A stretch of 64,000 nt of DNA from an uncultured virus (IMG/VR IMGVR_UViG_3300033463_000102) (taxonomy: Duplodnaviria > Heunggongvirae > Uroviricota > Caudoviricetes), in the IMG/VR virus record IMGVR_UViG_3300033463_000102; one strand, written 5' to 3'. Positions 20,480-28,351 of this stretch are shown piece after piece. Numbering within the stretch: the stretch's first letter is position 1; each line of letters begins with the position of its first letter. The translations under genes and the position numbers were made by a program. Below the pieces are notes generated by a model, which was given only the letters and a program-made list of their open reading frames with translations, had not been told where the DNA came from and did not search any database.

Positions 20480-20800
20480 CTATACCGATTTTCTATCCAC
20501 TATTCAGCCAGAAAGGGGGTTTACCTTTTATAGAAATATTTTTAATGTATGTATACTAATACTATCATTATTTTCTACTACTTTATAGTAGGTATAGAAA
20601 GTATAGAAGTATAGAATAATATAAAATTGCCCTTTCTGATTAAATTTCGCCATTTTTGCCATATACGCCTATATATACAGCCAATGCGGCCCTGGTATAG
20701 CACCTTCCTCAATGAGGCACGCTAGCTTACAGAATGCTTACAGAATGCTTACAAATGGCGCCTTCAAAAATGTAACAAAGAAATTACATTCCTGTAAGAA
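20480..20800. other. AT-rich non-coding region with repeats, candidate replication origin of A
   Basis: TATAGAA x3; GCTTACAGAAT x3 (20725-20756, third imperfect) plus inverted copy 20787-20798; upstream of the helicase operon. Confidence 0.5.
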
Positions 20801-20819
20801 AAATTCTTGTGCTTTCATA

Positions 20820-20848
20820 TTGACTATGCTATAAACAAATAGTATATT
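20820..20848 (+). promoter_or_regulatory. Sigma70-type promoter TTGACT-17-TATATT
   Basis: Consensus-like hexamers with a 17-nt spacer. Confidence 0.65.
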
Positions 20849-20862
20849 TAGAACATGAATCC

Positions 20863-20962
20863 GAGCCGCTACTAGGACCAACAGTTTATACCGCACCGAA
20901 AGTTTGATTTCGTCAGGCGGCCCGTTGTGTAGAGTAGCGGCTCACAACGGGCCGTTCTTTTT
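20863..20962 (+). promoter_or_regulatory. Attenuator-like leader (terminator whose loop pairs with the 5' segment)
   Basis: 14-bp stem 20916-20929/20943-20956 plus U tract; GAGCCGCTACT (20863-20873) complements AGTAGCGGCTC (20933-20943). Confidence 0.7.
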
Positions 20963-20980
20963 AGGCCAAGGACGAAATCA

Positions 20981-21295
20981 ATGAAAACAGAAGAAGAACT
21001 TATTAGATATCTTCACAGCAACGAATTCCTTCTCGACACTATGGTGCATCGTGAGGGTGACAAGTATGTGTATCTTGAACAGATTCCGATGAGCAACTGT
21101 AACACGGTATGGCATCGAACCCCATTAGCTCATTGCAAGCATATAGTTAAGCATGTCGGCACTCTTGATGAAATAGCAACCCTTATTGGTGAAAAGCTAG
21201 GCATCACACACAACAAAAATTTGGAAGCTTTTTTTGATATTAGATACAATCTACAAAACCTTCCTAACGTTATCAATGCCGACGAGGTGAAATAA
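20981..21295 (+). CDS. Hypothetical protein
   Basis: AAGGA RBS; first gene of the replication operon. Confidence 0.65.
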   Translation: MKTEEELIRYLHSNEFLLDTMVHREGDKYVYLEQIPMSNCNTVWHRTPLAHCKHIVKHVGTLDEIATLIGEKLGITHNKNLEAFFDIRYNLQNLPNVINADEVK

Positions 21296-21296
21296 T

Positions 21297-23402
21297 ATGA
21301 TAGACGAAAAAGCATTAAAGGTATTAGAAAGCATTGCCAGAAGATACAGCTACGTTTCAAAAGCCAGGAAGTACAGGAATGCCGTAGACAATACAATAGT
21401 CACGCTCGACAATGCCGTGGCAAGCGTAATGAGCGAATTTGCCCTGCACCATTCAACTGAATACGCTCCATACAGTGAAAGACAGGAAGAACTTTCAGCA
21501 ACAGTCCGTGAATGCATCAAGAATGCAACGAAGGAACGCAAGCAGCGCCAGGTCACCCGTTCCATCGAAGCGACACAGACAGGTGCAATCACTTCAAGCC
21601 TTGGCGGAAAATCAACTACTAACCCAGGCTGGAAGCCATTCATGACTTTCAATATGATAGACCTAGAATGGTGCCATGGCATCATGTATTGCCCTACAAG
21701 CAACACAATCTACGGGACAAGCAGCAAGGGCGCCCTTGAAGTCATCGGTACAGTAGGCGACAACGTCACCATAATAAAGATGGCAAAGAGGCTTTCCTTT
21801 GACCCGCATGAGTACATCAAGAAGCAACTTGAAACCCTCAGGTCAATCTACTTCGTCCTGCAGACATACGAACAAGAAGGCCCAGAAAAGATGCTTTCAG
21901 TAAAGGTATGCGACAACAAGACTCTTACCGAGTATCTCAATATCAAGGAAGGTGACAGGAAACCGCAAACGGTCGAGGAAATCACGACCCGCCTTATCCA
22001 TCACATGCTCAACAATACGTTGCCTGCAAGCGTGTTCACTGGACTGGCCAAGATTGTAGTTTTACATGAACCATTTGAGGACGATGACGGAACAACCCAT
22101 TATTCCATCAAGGACTTCGACTACGACATGGGCAAGCAGGGCTTCCTCACTGGCAAGGCTTACTTTACCAATATCATCGATAACTACATCGAACGCTTGC
22201 CCGTAATCGACCTTCCAGAAGCAATCCGATATGACGGCGAGGAAAATACCAACGCTTTCGGTATCTGGAACCAGGAAGCCTATGACGAGGACATGGAGAC
22301 GTATGACGGCCTTTCCTACAACGACAGCCAAATCATCCGCACATACCTCGACCCGATGACCACGGAACAGAAGACGTTCGTGGTCGCATGGTGGTATGCA
22401 CTCGTGCATTCCCATGAAAAGAAGATGCTTCCCTCGATGCTCCAAATGGACAAGGGTGGCACGTTGAAGAATACGGTTGCCAACATCATCAAGCTCGCCA
22501 TGACAAGATACTATGGCTGCGAATGCCATTACAACCTCAATCAGGATAAGCTTACTGTTGACCAGTATTCGTACGACAGCTTCACACAGAAGTCGCTCGG
22601 CGATGCCGTGTGGTGTCATTATGACGAAGTCGCAACAAAGGGCCCGATGTGGGACAAGTTCAAGTCCATGACTGGCGGCCCTAAGGTTGACGTGTTGGTA
22701 AAGAAGCTTTACAGCAACCCTTACACGCAGAAGTCCAGCGTGGTGTTCTTCTTCGCAAGCAACAGACCTGTGTACATCCAGGACATGGGCGCATTCAGGC
22801 GCCGCCTTGTAATAATCAGCACCAAGGGTGACAACACATACAAGAATATCCCAATCGAGTTCAGGAACAAGATGAACGATGACCGCAACGTGCAGTTCAG
22901 GGAATTCGTACTTCTCATGAAGATTGGAAAGGTAGCCTATGAAAAGCTCGTCAAAACATATGGCGGTTTAGTAGAAGCTGCTTGCTCCTTGAATGACATA
23001 GCCAGTGAACTTGATACATCCAGCCCGTGGGACGAATACTACGAAGGTTTCTACGCATCGCTGTTCGAGGAAAACCAGGTGGAAAGGACCATTTCCAATG
23101 CAGACCTCGTCAAGCTTTTCAGTGCATATAAATCGACACACATCAGTACACTTAACCTTGACGAAAACGGAATGAGAAAGTATTGTTTGAACGCAATGCC
23201 CGAAAACACGAAGAAATCGGTGTGGAACTCAAACGAAAGACGTGGCGTAAGGGGTATGCTCCTGCATGCACCTGTTTATCAACGAACTTCCGACATGGAA
23301 GAGTACATTCCTATTGGTGAACCACTCCGTCCTGGAATGAACCTTGAAACTGGAAATGTGAAGAAAGTTGACCCTATGGATGACGGAGCCCCACTATTTT
23401 AG
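21297..23402 (+). CDS. SF3 (D5-like) helicase with degenerate Walker A
   Basis: DKGGTLKNT, Walker B CHYDE, motif C FFFASN, arginine finger AFRRRL. Confidence 0.75.
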   Translation: MIDEKALKVLESIARRYSYVSKARKYRNAVDNTIVTLDNAVASVMSEFALHHSTEYAPYSERQEELSATVRECIKNATKERKQRQVTRSIEATQTGAITSSLGGKSTTNPGWKPFMTFNMIDLEWCHGIMYCPTSNTIYGTSSKGALEVIGTVGDNVTIIKMAKRLSFDPHEYIKKQLETLRSIYFVLQTYEQEGPEKMLSVKVCDNKTLTEYLNIKEGDRKPQTVEEITTRLIHHMLNNTLPASVFTGLAKIVVLHEPFEDDDGTTHYSIKDFDYDMGKQGFLTGKAYFTNIIDNYIERLPVIDLPEAIRYDGEENTNAFGIWNQEAYDEDMETYDGLSYNDSQIIRTYLDPMTTEQKTFVVAWWYALVHSHEKKMLPSMLQMDKGGTLKNTVANIIKLAMTRYYGCECHYNLNQDKLTVDQYSYDSFTQKSLGDAVWCHYDEVATKGPMWDKFKSMTGGPKVDVLVKKLYSNPYTQKSSVVFFFASNRPVYIQDMGAFRRRLVIISTKGDNTYKNIPIEFRNKMNDDRNVQFREFVLLMKIGKVAYEKLVKTYGGLVEAACSLNDIASELDTSSPWDEYYEGFYASLFEENQVERTISNADLVKLFSAYKSTHISTLNLDENGMRKYCLNAMPENTKKSVWNSNERRGVRGMLLHAPVYQRTSDMEEYIPIGEPLRPGMNLETGNVKKVDPMDDGAPLF

Positions 23403-23410
23403 AGGTAATC

Positions 23411-24250
23411 ATGGACATTCTTATTCGAAAACACTTTTACGACAAGAGCCTGTGGCATTGGTGCCCTAGCTCCGAGAACTGGCTAAGGCTAATCAAGAAG
23501 CCGTTCGTATGTGCAAACAAGGAAGAGGCGCCCCTCGGTATCTACGGGACGCTTGTGGACAACCCTGCCATCAATCCGTTGACATTGCAGCCCCAGTACA
23601 TCGGCGCTAACATCGCAAGCCTGTACTTCCTGCAAATCGACTACGACTCTACACTGTCTGTCGATGAATGGATTGCGGATAACAAGGACCTTTCATACGT
23701 GCTCTACACTAGCCATTCACATGGCTACAAGGGTGACCATGACAGGTTCCGTGTAATCCTTCCGCTCGACAAGCCGCTGGACTGCGACATGCAGGACTTC
23801 TACTTCAAGAAGGCGATGGTTAACGAGTTCGGTTGTGACCCGTCATGTTTCGATAGGGGCCATTGCCAGCTTGTGCCCGTCATCAGGGATGCCAATTCGC
23901 CGTATCGCTGGGCCTACAATAAGGGCACCAAGTATTCCATCGACTGGTCAAAGGTTGAAGCTGAGCGTGAACGTGGCCACAACGAAATCGATTTTCAGCA
24001 TGCGGCAGCACTGTTCAACAAGAAGTATGGCCCACCCGTCAATGAGAAGGAAGAGGAAGAACGCATGCTCCGCTGGGCTGAAAAGGCCTTGGGCGAAATG
24101 CACGAAGGTGAACGAAACCGCACTTCGTTCGAGGTTCTAACTTACCTTAAAAGGCATGGCTTGGACTTCATGTGCATTGACAGGTTGGCCCAGTCTGTGG
24201 AAGCAGACTTCATCGACGAATTCATGCGGATGGGTGCAAGAATAATGTAA
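23411..24250 (+). CDS. Primase-polymerase (AEP/PrimPol-like) with PriCT-like C-terminus
   Basis: LQIDYD, YTSHSH, RFRVILPLD, D.SCFD, EGERN motifs. Confidence 0.8.
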   Translation: MDILIRKHFYDKSLWHWCPSSENWLRLIKKPFVCANKEEAPLGIYGTLVDNPAINPLTLQPQYIGANIASLYFLQIDYDSTLSVDEWIADNKDLSYVLYTSHSHGYKGDHDRFRVILPLDKPLDCDMQDFYFKKAMVNEFGCDPSCFDRGHCQLVPVIRDANSPYRWAYNKGTKYSIDWSKVEAERERGHNEIDFQHAAALFNKKYGPPVNEKEEEERMLRWAEKALGEMHEGERNRTSFEVLTYLKRHGLDFMCIDRLAQSVEADFIDEFMRMGARIM

Positions 24251-24283
24251 AGAAAAAATAACAAGTTTTTAAGCAGAAATCCC

Positions 24284-24312
24284 TTGACATTCGGTGTTTA
24301 ATATTCTAAACT
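24284..24312 (+). promoter_or_regulatory. Sigma70-type promoter TTGACA-17-TAAACT of the SSB/ncRNA operon
   Basis: Same architecture in B at 58247-58275. Confidence 0.75.
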
Positions 24313-24390
24313 ATATATGTAACGAGGCGCACGGGCCTTTCCACCTAAATCCACCGTGCTGGTTTAACTTCAAAAAACAGGAGTCTCATT

Positions 24391-25128
24391 ATGAGCAATG
24401 AAACAACAAATCTCGGTCTTACCCTCGACGCTGAAACCCTCGCTGCTTTCGAAAGCGGTGAAAGCGTTTCCAAGTTCCTTCTTGAAGAAGGTGTCTACGA
24501 CGCTGTCGTGCGTGGCTATGTCATTAAGCCACATGTGTTCGAAGGCGATGACCACGGCCCGAAAATCCAGCTTATCTGGCAGTTGGCAGACGGAGAAGGC
24601 ATGGTTCACACCCTTCTCGGTAAGCGTTGGAAGATGTCGGCAGACGAACGTTCCGTGTTCCGCAAGGAAGTGTCCAAATGGTTCAACAAGACCGATTGGC
24701 CGACAATCGTGGACATCTTGAAGAAAGGTGGTATCCTCGTGGCTGATGCCGAAGGCGCCCACTTCGAAATCGACAAGTTCATCGGAAAGAAGGCCAAGCT
24801 TATGGTCAACCAGGTCACGTCAAAGAAGGGGAAGACCTTCAATGACATCGTCAGCATCTCTCCTGCGTCAAAGACTCCAAAGGCTGTTGCCAATGACGAT
24901 GTGCCAGCATGGATGCTCGAAGGCGCACTCGACTATAAACTTGGCGAAGGCATCGGCATCCGTGCCAAGGAAGAGGGCGAAGCATCTGCCGAACAGCCGA
25001 AGGCAAACACTGCATCTAATGCTGCTCCCCCTGCATTGCCGAAGGGTTCCCCTGCCAAGAAGCAGTTGATGGAACAGGCCGCAGAAGCAAATGCCACTGG
25101 CTTTGCCGATGACGACTTGCCGTTCTGA
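24391..25128 (+). CDS. ssb: Single-stranded DNA-binding protein (probable)
   Basis: OB-fold-like N-terminus, flexible linker, acidic DDDLPF tail; homolog 57440-58165. Confidence 0.75.
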   Translation: MSNETTNLGLTLDAETLAAFESGESVSKFLLEEGVYDAVVRGYVIKPHVFEGDDHGPKIQLIWQLADGEGMVHTLLGKRWKMSADERSVFRKEVSKWFNKTDWPTIVDILKKGGILVADAEGAHFEIDKFIGKKAKLMVNQVTSKKGKTFNDIVSISPASKTPKAVANDDVPAWMLEGALDYKLGEGIGIRAKEEGEASAEQPKANTASNAAPPALPKGSPAKKQLMEQAAEANATGFADDDLPF

Positions 25129-25144
25129 TATACCTAATTAAATA

Positions 25145-25204
25145 CTCGACCGTGCCGACCGAGGATAAATAGACGGCACAGTTGTTATTCATGTTATCCT
25201 ACCT
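25145..25204 (+). ncRNA. H-type pseudoknot plus single-stranded anti-RBS tail
   Basis: P1 CTCG/CGAG, P2 GTGCCG/CGGCAC; covarying homolog at 57235-57295. Confidence 0.75.
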
Positions 25205-25299
25205 AGGGCCTAGTTTGGGCTTGGCTTCGGCGGGGGACTCTATTGGGACCGAAAGGCTTCATAAGGGTATTTTGCTGGGGCGAGTTCAGGCTGGGTCTT
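25205..25299 (+). ncRNA. Long G-U-rich hairpin capped by a GAAA tetraloop
   Basis: AGGGCCTAGTTTGGGCTTG pairs with CGAGTTCAGGCTGGGTCTT; stem extends inward. Confidence 0.7.
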
Positions 25300-25352
25300 G
25301 ATGGGGGCGGTGGTTTTTTCTAGGCTATCATTTACTCCGCCACCCCCTTCAA

Positions 25353-25503
25353 GGCTCAGTTAGCTCAGCTGGTAGAGCACGTTACGTTCCCCGTTCGCCT
25401 TTTTCTCCTAGCTCCCAAATTCTACATGGGATATGGTTGCGATAGAATGGGTTACTTTGGCTTGATAATCCCGATGTCGTGGGTTCGATTCCCACACTGG
25501 GCC
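25353..25503 (+). ncRNA. tRNA-like RNA with a 77-nt structured insertion in the anticodon arm (residual GAT loop)
   Basis: 8-bp acceptor GGCTCAGT/ACTGGGCC, D arm GCTC-AGCTGGTA-GAGC, T arm GTGGG-TTCGATT-CCCAC; homolog at 57301-57430. Confidence 0.85.
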
Positions 25504-25556
25504 CTATTTAATTATTGACAAAGAACAGCATCGCAACAGATGCTTGGGAGTAAAGA

Positions 25557-26074
25557 TGAAAGAAATATATGTAAACCTTGATGTAGAGCGTGGATTTTTC
25601 GGCTTTCCTAAGGCATTCGAGAAGCAACATTTCGATGATAGGCTGTACCGACTTAAGCCAGATAAGTCTGAGTACGGTGATAACTGGGACTCAGTTCAAG
25701 AGGCCTTCGGAGTGGCAGTAGCCATGTTACATAGGGTATGGAATAACCCAAACTGGTTGTCTCTTGTACATAACACTGTAAGAGTACTTATAAGCTTTAA
25801 CAGTGATTATAGCACATGGAAGGTTGACATGGCTCCATATGGAATACGTCTCCAAGAGAAACACCCGAACTTTGACTCTTCCATTGAGAAGGAGGAAAAT
25901 CAGATTTTCGAAAAGTATGGATTTCCAAAAAAAGAGCCTATAAAATATGAGGTATCTTTCAGAGGCCGAACTACAATTATGAATGAAGAGCAGTTCGAGG
26001 CTTTCCATAAGGATATAGTTGCGACATATCCTAGCACTTGGCCAGAAATAGCTGTAGCTACACCTTTGAGGTAG
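25557..26074 (+). CDS. Hypothetical protein
   Basis: GGGAG RBS, AT-rich ORF. Confidence 0.65.
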
Positions 26075-26099
26075 CCTGATAATATCAGATTTACAATAG

Positions 26100-26130
26100 G
26101 AAAGTTCACGGTCTTTCGTGAACTTTTCTT
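26100..26130 (+). terminator. Intrinsic terminator
   Basis: GAAAGTTCACG-GTCTTT-CGTGAACTTTTCTT. Confidence 0.65.
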
Positions 26131-26162
26131 GCTAAAAGAGTATTTTTAGGTAGAGAGGTTAT

Positions 26163-27026
26163 ATGGCACAGAAAATTGTAAGTCCGAAAACGCCTGGAAA
26201 AAGGTATGTGAACTATCTTTTTTCCAGAACATTCCCAGTATGGAAACAGTATAAGATAGATGCACCTGTAATAAAACAGGTGCCACCAAACAGCGCTTGG
26301 ATTATTCATTGGTGGCGCAATACAGAAGAACTAAGCGAGATGGACAAGTATCACCTTGACGTTCTTGTTAGAGCAAAGTCTATGTTTAAGAAAGTCATCG
26401 TGTTTTATTCCAGCATGTATCCACCACCAAAGGAACTGGCTGGCTGCTATATAGTCAGAATTGCTAATGACGTTTCTCGGGGAGAGAACAATAGCTTCAT
26501 AGAAACATTGGCACAATGCCTTCTCGGAAATTGTGACTATGTGTTGAGAACCCATTTTAAGCTGAAAAAGAACTATGATGAAGGCAGAAAAAAGAATGTC
26601 CGTTTTTGGTGCAAGCTCATGTACGATGTATGCTTCGACGTAAGCGGCTTTGATACATCCACATACGGAGCAATAGACTGTCATGACCGTCGCTGGCTTG
26701 ACCCTTACCTGGCTGCGCTTCCTGGAAAATGGCATGACCTTGTTGATTCCACTTACCAGAATCACTATGCTGGCTCATTCATTTGGTATAACTGTAAGCG
26801 CTTCCGTGAATGGGCATCTGCCAACAATGTAACACTTGATGACATAAAGCAGCTCAATGGCGACGAAGTCCAGGGAAAACCTTGGCTATGCGAAGTCTTG
26901 ATTACGGCCATCTTCAAAGAAATAAATGCAAAGTATCACATCGACTTCTCACCATATGTAATCTTTGATTACTTTATACTAAATGGGCGAGATTTCAATT
27001 CCTTAGTCAATGGAGTCAAAAAATGA
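26163..27026 (+). CDS. Putative glycosyltransferase-like protein
   Basis: YVLRTHFK and HYAGSFIWYNC motifs; homolog at 63292-64000 lies in B's GT cluster; late motif variant GAGTATTTTTA at 26138. Confidence 0.5.
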   Translation: MAQKIVSPKTPGKRYVNYLFSRTFPVWKQYKIDAPVIKQVPPNSAWIIHWWRNTEELSEMDKYHLDVLVRAKSMFKKVIVFYSSMYPPPKELAGCYIVRIANDVSRGENNSFIETLAQCLLGNCDYVLRTHFKLKKNYDEGRKKNVRFWCKLMYDVCFDVSGFDTSTYGAIDCHDRRWLDPYLAALPGKWHDLVDSTYQNHYAGSFIWYNCKRFREWASANNVTLDDIKQLNGDEVQGKPWLCEVLITAIFKEINAKYHIDFSPYVIFDYFILNGRDFNSLVNGVKK

Positions 27027-27598
27027 ATATGATTTGTTCAACGCTTAGCGGAATGATGGCAATAAAACACCCAACAAAGGGCGTACTCGTTCGTGAAGAC
27101 GGTATGGTGTTTAACAGAGTAGGAAGAAGTAATAGGTATGCATGGACCAAAGGGTGCAAAGATAAGGACGGATACCCAATAGTCAGAATAAATTATAAAC
27201 GTACGCTAGTTCACCGTCTCGTAGCAGAGACGTTTATTCCTAATACCAACAGCAAACCCACTGTAGACCACATAAATCGGATAAGGGATGATAACAGAGT
27301 TCAGAACCTACGCTGGGCAACATACAAAGAACAGGCCGACAACACTATAAGAGTTATTAATAAAGAAGATTATGGTGTCCGTTCGTGTGAAAATAAGAGT
27401 GAATATTCTAGGAATTATCATCAAGCTAACAGAATAGAACACATTGCTAGAATGAGTGAATACAATAAAGAAAACAAAGACAAGATACTTGCGTATCACA
27501 GAAAATATTATGCAGAACACAAAGATAAGATAATTGCTTATCAAAGAAAATATCGTTCTGAACATAAAGAGAAGGAAAAAGAAAATGATGTTAATTAG
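27023..27598 (+). CDS. HNH homing endonuclease
   Basis: VHRLVAETFIPN..VDHINRIRDDNRVQNLRW. Confidence 0.9.
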   Translation: MNMICSTLSGMMAIKHPTKGVLVREDGMVFNRVGRSNRYAWTKGCKDKDGYPIVRINYKRTLVHRLVAETFIPNTNSKPTVDHINRIRDDNRVQNLRWATYKEQADNTIRVINKEDYGVRSCENKSEYSRNYHQANRIEHIARMSEYNKENKDKILAYHRKYYAEHKDKIIAYQRKYRSEHKEKEKENDVN

Positions 27599-28022
27599 AG
27601 ACACATCAATCGGCAATGCCGTCTTCGGCAAGCTCCTTATCGATGGGGAGAAGGTATGCGATACCTTGGAGAACAGGGAGACCCTGATTCCCCTCGGTGA
27701 ATACAAGCTAACCGTATGCGATAGCCCAAAGTTCGGCAGGGAACTACCCCTAATCCACAATGACTTCGTGGCCGTCAACAGGGGCATTCGCATACACGCT
27801 GGAAACCTGGCCGTCCAGTCGAGCGGATGTGTTCTCGTTGGTTTCGGGAGAGGCGATGGCTGCATAAAGCATTCAAAGGCAGCAGAGGCAGCCGTGACCG
27901 CACTGGCCCGCACTGACAAGAAACTTACCATCATTGGGCAACCACAGGAACAGTATGATGATATGGACTTGTTCGACATGGCACAGCATCAGGTAGCAGC
28001 CGATGCAAGGGGGTGCATATGA
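27585..28022 (+). CDS. DUF5675-like putative endolysin (L,D-transpeptidase-like fold)
   Basis: CDTLE, IP.GEY, SPKFG, GIRIHAGN, SSGCVLVG motifs. Confidence 0.75.
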   Translation: MMLIRDTSIGNAVFGKLLIDGEKVCDTLENRETLIPLGEYKLTVCDSPKFGRELPLIHNDFVAVNRGIRIHAGNLAVQSSGCVLVGFGRGDGCIKHSKAAEAAVTALARTDKKLTIIGQPQEQYDDMDLFDMAQHQVAADARGCI

Positions 28023-28351
28023 TTTCATCACTCACCGACGAAGAACTCATTGCCATAAAGGAGAAAGTCTTCTTGGACGTAAGGCGCATCTGGGGAAGTG
28101 AAATGGCTGACCAGTTGCCAATCACGGAATGCACTAGGTGCCCTGGGCCGAGTCATTTGAAGCGCAAGCAGCGCTGTATCGTTGACATGCTGAACTATGA
28201 GGCCCTATGCCCGTCATGCTGGGCAGAGAAGAGAGAATCTGAATTGATTAATGAAGCCATTCTTAAAAAGCCTCAGATACCGTTCCCTGTTGGCGAATTG
28301 AAGAACGGCTCACTCGTTCCACTAGACTTGGAGGACTTTTGCAGAATATGA
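28019..28351 (+). CDS. Hypothetical Zn-binding protein
   Basis: CTRC and CPSC motifs. Confidence 0.55.
   Translation: MISSLTDEELIAIKEKVFLDVRRIWGSEMADQLPITECTRCPGPSHLKRKQRCIVDMLNYEALCPSCWAEKRESELINEAILKKPQIPFPVGELKNGSLVPLDLEDFCRI

Noticed and set aside
20725..20798. CRISPR mini-array
   Set aside because: Repeats are 11 bp and contiguous, with no spacers
25145..25179. Guanidine-III riboswitch or pistol ribozyme
   Set aside because: Similar topology or an AAATAG linker, but it lacks the guanidine-III ACGAGG loop and the pistol P2/P3 elements, and is not in a 5' UTR
25353..25503. Ordinary tRNA-Ile/Thr, group I intron-containing tRNA, tmRNA or Y RNA
   Set aside because: Inserts of 56-77 nt are too short for self-splicing introns and lie in the stem rather than the loop; there is no tag ORF; the topology is not permuted as in YrlA; the anticodon is not conserved
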